Source: Planctomycetota bacterium | Lineage (GTDB): Bacteria > Planctomycetota > UBA8108 > SXIK01 | Direction: 5' to 3' | Assembly (NCBI GenBank): GCA_965223845.1 | Contig: CBDCXR010000004.1 | Coordinates: 6,144,001-6,208,000 of the forward strand | Length of the DNA: 64,000 nucleotides | Shown: piece after piece, positions 59,309 through 64,000 of the stretch | Layout: each line of letters opens with the position of its first letter | Numbering within the stretch: the first letter of the stretch is position 1 | The notes under the pieces: model-generated | Databases searched by the model: none | What the model was told of the DNA's origin: nothing | Seen by the model: the letters and a program-made list of their open reading frames with translations, nothing else | Position numbers and translations under genes: made by a program

Positions 59309-60565
59309 CTACGACTCCGAAACGTCTTCCCACAGCCGCGACGAGAGAAGGCGCTCCGCGTCGCGCAGCCAGCGACGCAGCGCGGCCGGATCGCGGAGGT
59401 CGATTCCGGCGCGTTTGAGCTCGAGCGCGCCTTTTTCTTCGAGCGGAGCGAGCTCTTCGGCGAGCTTGGCGAGGGCTTCGTCACTCGCCGCGGCTTCGTC
59501 CATCGTGCGAAGGAGCTCGCCGACGAGGTCCGGGCGACGGCGCATTTCGTCGAGGTCGACCGGCGGTGAGACGTCGAGTCGGACGCGCTCGACCCAAAGC
59601 TCCTCGACGTCGCCCGCGAGATTGCGGATCTCCGCGATCGTCTCCTCGCGCTCGGCGCGCGTGCGAAGCGACTCGTGAGCGGCGGCCGCCCCGGAGACCG
59701 TGACGCGGACGACACCGAATCGACCCTCGTTCGATTCCTTGAGTCGATCGAAGCCGTCGCGTACACGGTCGTAAAGCTGTGCGCGCGTGTCATCCGGATC
59801 CAGCTCGAGCTCGAAGTGCGACCAACGGAGAGTATCGGTCGCGCGAAACTCCACCGATTCGACCTCGCCGCTCGAAGTCGAGACGACGAGACAGCCCTTG
59901 GCGCCAGTCTCACGAATGTGCCGTCCCTGGGTGTTCCCGGCGAAAACGATCCACGGGCGCTCGCGCACGATCTCACGCTGGTGGATGTGCCCGAGAGCCC
60001 AGTAGTCGTAGCCCTTCGCGGCCAGCACGTCGGCGCTGACGGGTGCGTAGGTGTCGTGCTCCGCGCTCCCGCCCAGACTCGTGTGAAGGACGCCGACGTT
60101 GAAGAGATCCGGGACGGGATCGGGATAGTCGGCCGCGAGATTCTCCGTGACCTCGCGCTGTGCAAAACCTTGGCCGTGGATCGCGACTCCGAGCTCGCGA
60201 TCGATCACCGTTTCCGGTGCTTCGACCGAGAACTCGTGAACGCAGTCGGGCCACGAAATCGCCGCGTGCACTTCACTCGCCGCATCGTGGTTGCCGCGGA
60301 TGAGAAACACGCGAATCCCGGCATCGCCCAGCCGTCGCATCTGCGCCGCGAGATAGATGCCGGTCTTCATTTCGCGCCAGGGACCGTCGACGAGATCGCC
60401 GGCGATCACGACGAAGCCGACCCGCTCGTCGATCGCGATCGCGACGAGATTCTCGAGCGCAACGCGCGTCGCCGCCCGCAGTCGTTCGGCGGGAGCACCG
60501 TCGTAGATCTCGAGCTTCTCGAGGGGGCTGTCGATGTGAAGATCGGCGGCGTGGATGAATTTCAT
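59309..60565 (-). CDS. YhaO-like (SbcD/Mre11-type) metallophosphoesterase nuclease
   Basis: IHAADLHID, AGDLVD, GNHD, LHTS, YWALGHIH, GNTQGRHIRETGAKG. Confidence 0.93.
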   Translation of the reverse strand: MKFIHAADLHIDSPLEKLEIYDGAPAERLRAATRVALENLVAIAIDERVGFVVIAGDLVDGPWREMKTGIYLAAQMRRLGDAGIRVFLIRGNHDAASEVHAAISWPDCVHEFSVEAPETVIDRELGVAIHGQGFAQREVTENLAADYPDPVPDLFNVGVLHTSLGGSAEHDTYAPVSADVLAAKGYDYWALGHIHQREIVRERPWIVFAGNTQGRHIRETGAKGCLVVSTSSGEVESVEFRATDTLRWSHFELELDPDDTRAQLYDRVRDGFDRLKESNEGRFGVVRVTVSGAAAAHESLRTRAEREETIAEIRNLAGDVEELWVERVRLDVSPPVDLDEMRRRPDLVGELLRTMDEAAASDEALAKLAEELAPLEEKGALELKRAGIDLRDPAALRRWLRDAERLLSSRLWEDVSES

Positions 60566-60648
60566 GTTCGGGCGGGAATCCTTGCTCAAGCGACTCCCCG
60601 GCGGAGACTAAACGCCGAAGCGAAGAATCGGCTCTTCTCGGACCAGCG

Positions 60649-61971
60649 CTATCGAGCCAGCGCCTCGTCGTCGCGCGCGGCAGCACCGTCGTTCTCCTGA
60701 CGATCGCGGAACCGCCACTCGCGGTCGACGATCAGACGCGCGCCGCGGCGGAACGTCAAGTACGACCAGGCCCAACTCAGCACGACGAAGAGTCGGTTCT
60801 TGAACCCCGTGAGAAAGTAGATGTGGACGACGAGCCAGGTGATCCACGCGAACCAACCAGAGAACTTCAGCTTCCCCAGCTCGACCACGGCGCGGCTCCG
60901 GCCGATCGTCGCCATTTGACCGCGGTCGACGAAACGGAAGGCTTCACGGGGCTCGCCCGCGACGTCGCGGCGGATGGTCTCGGCGACGTAGCGACCTTGC
61001 TGCATCGCGACGGGAGCCGTTCCGGGAAGCGGCGCGCCGGTCGCGTGGTCGAATCTCGCCTGGTCGCCGGCGACGAACACGTTTGGATGCACGTCGAAGC
61101 TGAGCTGCTCGTTCACGACGATCCGCCCGAGTCGATCGAACTCGAAGCCGGCCGGGTGGTCGAGCGGGACCGCGCGCACGCCCGCGGCCCAGAGCACGGT
61201 TCGGGCGCCGATGCGCTCCGCGCCCAGCTCGACTCCCTCGGCGTCGACCCTCGTCACGGGGCTGTTCGTCCACACCTGCACTCCGAGCTTCTCGAGATTT
61301 CGCGTCGCCTCGCTCGCTTGTTTTTCGCCGAACGACGGCAGTATCCGCGGGCCGGCTTCGATGAGCACGATCCGCGCGAGCTTCGCGTCGATGTTGCGAA
61401 AGTCCCGCGCGAGCGTGAATCGGCTCATCTCGCCGATCGCGCCCGCGAGCTCGACTCCCGTCGGCCCGCCGCCGATGATGACGAAGGTGAGCGAACGGCG
61501 ACGTTCGTCCGGATCGTTCGTTCGCTCCGCGCGTTCGAAGGCGCTGAGGAGCCGCCGACGGATTTCGGTCGCCTGGGGAACCGTCTTCAGGCTCGGCGCG
61601 TGTTCCTCCCACTCCGAGTGACCAAAGTAGGACGGGATCGCGCCGCAGCAGAGGACTAAGTAATCGAACTCGACGGTTCCGAAGTCGGCGGAAACCGTTC
61701 GAGCTTCGAGGTCGACGCCGTGTACCGTTCCTTGGAGCACGGCGATGTTCGGGTAGCGCGCGAGCAGACTCCGGATCGGCGCGGCGATGTCGGCCGGCGA
61801 CAGGCCCGCCATCGCGACTTGGTAGAGAAGCGGCTGAAAGAGGTGATAGTTTTCGCGGTCGACGAGAGTGACGCGCACTCCTCGAACGCCGCCGAGCCGC
61901 TTCGCAGCGTTGAGACCGGCGAAACCGCCGCCGACGATGACGACGTGCTTCTCTCGACCTTCCTTGTTCAT
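60649..61971 (-). CDS. ndh: Type II NADH:quinone oxidoreductase (NDH-2)
   Basis: GGGFAG, FQPLLYQVA, GGGPTGVELAG, WAAGV, AGD, AMQQG. Confidence 0.92.
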   Translation of the reverse strand: MNKEGREKHVVIVGGGFAGLNAAKRLGGVRGVRVTLVDRENYHLFQPLLYQVAMAGLSPADIAAPIRSLLARYPNIAVLQGTVHGVDLEARTVSADFGTVEFDYLVLCCGAIPSYFGHSEWEEHAPSLKTVPQATEIRRRLLSAFERAERTNDPDERRRSLTFVIIGGGPTGVELAGAIGEMSRFTLARDFRNIDAKLARIVLIEAGPRILPSFGEKQASEATRNLEKLGVQVWTNSPVTRVDAEGVELGAERIGARTVLWAAGVRAVPLDHPAGFEFDRLGRIVVNEQLSFDVHPNVFVAGDQARFDHATGAPLPGTAPVAMQQGRYVAETIRRDVAGEPREAFRFVDRGQMATIGRSRAVVELGKLKFSGWFAWITWLVVHIYFLTGFKNRLFVVLSWAWSYLTFRRGARLIVDREWRFRDRQENDGAAARDDEALAR

Positions 61972-62021
61972 GGGCGAACGAACTCGAAACCGGCGATCCC
62001 GTCCGGCAGAGCTCCCCTCGA

Positions 62022-63632
62022 TCAGTAATCTCCGCGCTTTTCTTTCGGGCGCCGCGGTCTCGGCGGCGGCGGCGTGATGCCGGCGCTTCGCATCACGCGG
62101 TGGATCGCCGCGACGGTCACCCGCGACGGCTTGTAGTTCCCGGGACGGAATCCTTCCGCGATCACGAGAGGCGTCCAGCCGTGCTTGTTCTTCTGGTTCC
62201 AGACGTCGATCTTCGCGCCGCGCTCGGCGAGAAAGGCGACGATCTTCGGCGCGTTCTTGTACGCAGCGCAGTGCATCGCGGTTTCGCCGTTCGCGTCCAC
62301 GGCGTTGACGTCGGCGCCGAGCTCGAGCAGGAGACGCAGCGCCGATAAGGCCTCGACTTCAGTGCCTCGCTCCTCGCCGGGCGCGCGCACTCCCATGCCC
62401 GCCGCTGCAAGAAGCGGCGTGCAGTTTTCCGCATTCGGGATCTTCGGATCGGCACCGAGCTCGAGGAGGACCTTCATGAGCGGGACGTCGGCCGATTTCG
62501 CCGCGAGCAGAAACGGCGTAGCGCCTTTGAGATTGAGAACGCAGGCGCCGGATCTGCCCCGCTCGAGGCGGCGGTTAACGTCGGCACCGTGCTCGACGAG
62601 AGCACGTACGAATTCGAGGCTCGTCACCTTCCCCGAGCCTTCGGGCGGCGGATTCCCGCCCTCCCCGTCTCCGCGTTCGGCTTTGCGCGTCCGCGGGATC
62701 GTGTGGAGGGCGGTGAGTCCCGAACGCTCGTCGTTCGGATCGGCTCCGGCGCGCAGAAGCTCGAGGGCAAGCTCGAAGTGAGCGTTTTCGACGGCGAGAA
62801 GAAGCGCGCTCGTCTCTCGCGCACCGGCCTTTTTCCACGCGCCGGAGCCCGACGGGCGGCCCGGTGCGAGCGCTTCGTTGACGTCGACGCCCGCGTCGAG
62901 GAGGGCTCGAACGACGCTCGTCCTCCCTTCGCGCACCGCGAAGAGAAACGCCGTAAATCCGGAACGCAGGCGCACTCCGGCCTTGGCACCGTTCTCGATG
63001 AGAAGACGGACGACTTTCGCGTGGCCTTCGGCGGCGGCCCACATGAGCGCCGTCTGACCGCGCCGCTCCGTTTCGTTGACCTTCGCGCCGGCGTCGAGGA
63101 GGGCCTTCACCGGTTCGATCTTTCCGGTGCGAGCGGCAGCGAGGAGCGGAGTCTCGCCACTCCGCCGCCGAGCGTTCGCGTCCGCTCCGCGCGCGAGGAG
63201 CGCAGCCACGATCTCGCCGTTCCCGTTCTCGCAGGCGAGCGCGAGCGGCCGAACGTCGTAGCGATTCTTCGCGTCCGGTTTCGCGCCGGCTTCAAGAAGC
63301 TGCTTCGTCGTCTCGAGGTCGCCGCGATACACCGCCCAGTGAAGCGCTGTCATCCCGTCGATCTGCGCTGCGTTCACGTCCGCACCTTCCTCGAGAAGCG
63401 CGCGAACTGTTTCCGAATCGGCGCGTTCCGCGGCGTCGGCGAGTGGACTCGGCGATTCGGCCACCGTGCGCGAAGCGACGACGAGAACGAGAAAGACGGC
63501 GACCGATCGGCGTCCGTTCTTCGCTTTCTCCGCGGCGCGAGTTGAGTAGACCCCAGCGTTTCGAAAACTCGACGGCGAAGAACGCTTTCGCTCGCCGTTC
63601 TTTGAAACGTCGGGGCGGAGCGCGATCTCCAC
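62022..63632 (-). CDS. Ankyrin repeat protein
   Basis: Repeated DGMTALHWA, GETPLLAAA, GQTALMWAA, GATPFLLAA, GETAMHCAA; exact start uncertain. Confidence 0.92.
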   Translation of the reverse strand: MEIALRPDVSKNGERKRSSPSSFRNAGVYSTRAAEKAKNGRRSVAVFLVLVVASRTVAESPSPLADAAERADSETVRALLEEGADVNAAQIDGMTALHWAVYRGDLETTKQLLEAGAKPDAKNRYDVRPLALACENGNGEIVAALLARGADANARRRSGETPLLAAARTGKIEPVKALLDAGAKVNETERRGQTALMWAAAEGHAKVVRLLIENGAKAGVRLRSGFTAFLFAVREGRTSVVRALLDAGVDVNEALAPGRPSGSGAWKKAGARETSALLLAVENAHFELALELLRAGADPNDERSGLTALHTIPRTRKAERGDGEGGNPPPEGSGKVTSLEFVRALVEHGADVNRRLERGRSGACVLNLKGATPFLLAAKSADVPLMKVLLELGADPKIPNAENCTPLLAAAGMGVRAPGEERGTEVEALSALRLLLELGADVNAVDANGETAMHCAAYKNAPKIVAFLAERGAKIDVWNQKNKHGWTPLVIAEGFRPGNYKPSRVTVAAIHRVMRSAGITPPPPRPRRPKEKRGDY

Positions 63633-63635
63633 GAG

Positions 63636-64000
63636 TTACACCGAAAGCGGCCCGAAGAGACCGTCGACCTTGCCGCTGCTGTCCGCGAAGGTCTCGAGCT
63701 CGACGCCGACCTTCGCGAGAAGCGTGAGGTGGAGATTCGCGAGCGGCGTGGGTTCGTCGTACCGAATGTGCCGACCGCCGCGCATCGCGCCGGCGGCGCC
63801 ACCTGCGACGATGATGGGAAGGTTCGTGTGATCGTGCTTGTTCGGGTCGCCCATCCCGCTCCCGTAAAGGTAGAGCGTGTGGTCGAGAAGCGAACCTTCT
63901 CCCTCGCGGACCGCATTGAGCCGCTCGAGGAAGTACGCGAAGAGCGAGACGTGGAAGTGATTGATCTTCGCCATTTTGGCGATCTTCTCCGGGTTGCCGC
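63636..64000 (-). CDS. DUF1552 family protein, C-terminal part (5' end outside the window)
   Basis: EGEGSLLDHTLYLYGSGMGDPNKHDHTNLPIIVAGG, PLANLHLTLL, FADSSG. Confidence 0.85.
   Translation of the reverse strand, partial: GNPEKIAKMAKINHFHVSLFAYFLERLNAVREGEGSLLDHTLYLYGSGMGDPNKHDHTNLPIIVAGGAAGAMRGGRHIRYDEPTPLANLHLTLLAKVGVELETFADSSGKVDGLFGPLSV

Overview
GC-rich bacterial chromosome segment, most likely Planctomycetota (DUF1549/DUF1553 cytochrome, DUF1501, DUF1552, sulfatase, dockerin-like C-termini). About 40 genes: secreted beta-helix, LamG and CotH proteins, sulfatase, BNR/sialidase-like protein, i-type-lysozyme-like protein, three tandem ~480-aa paralogues, tyrosinase cluster, two-gene pyruvate/2-oxoacid:ferredoxin oxidoreductase, Hsp20, YhaO/YhaN split by mddA and an Hsp90-like/TPR-like pair, NDH-2 and an ankyrin protein. 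I found no tRNA, rRNA, CRISPR array, transposase or integrase. The most striking locus is 26-37 kb. A ~1600-aa SIR2 / degenerate STAND / wHTH / helical-repeat gene (DSR/Avs-like, candidate anti-phage NADase) is followed by a chimeric scar: a diverged copy of the hsp20 3' end fused to a diverged second copy of the SIR2 gene's last 82 codons. A protease-lipoprotein-secretin cassette and the intact hsp20 come next. Also notable is a non-coding triple 59-bp hairpin repeat at 49.7-50.1 kb. All function calls come from motif recognition by eye; no searches were run.
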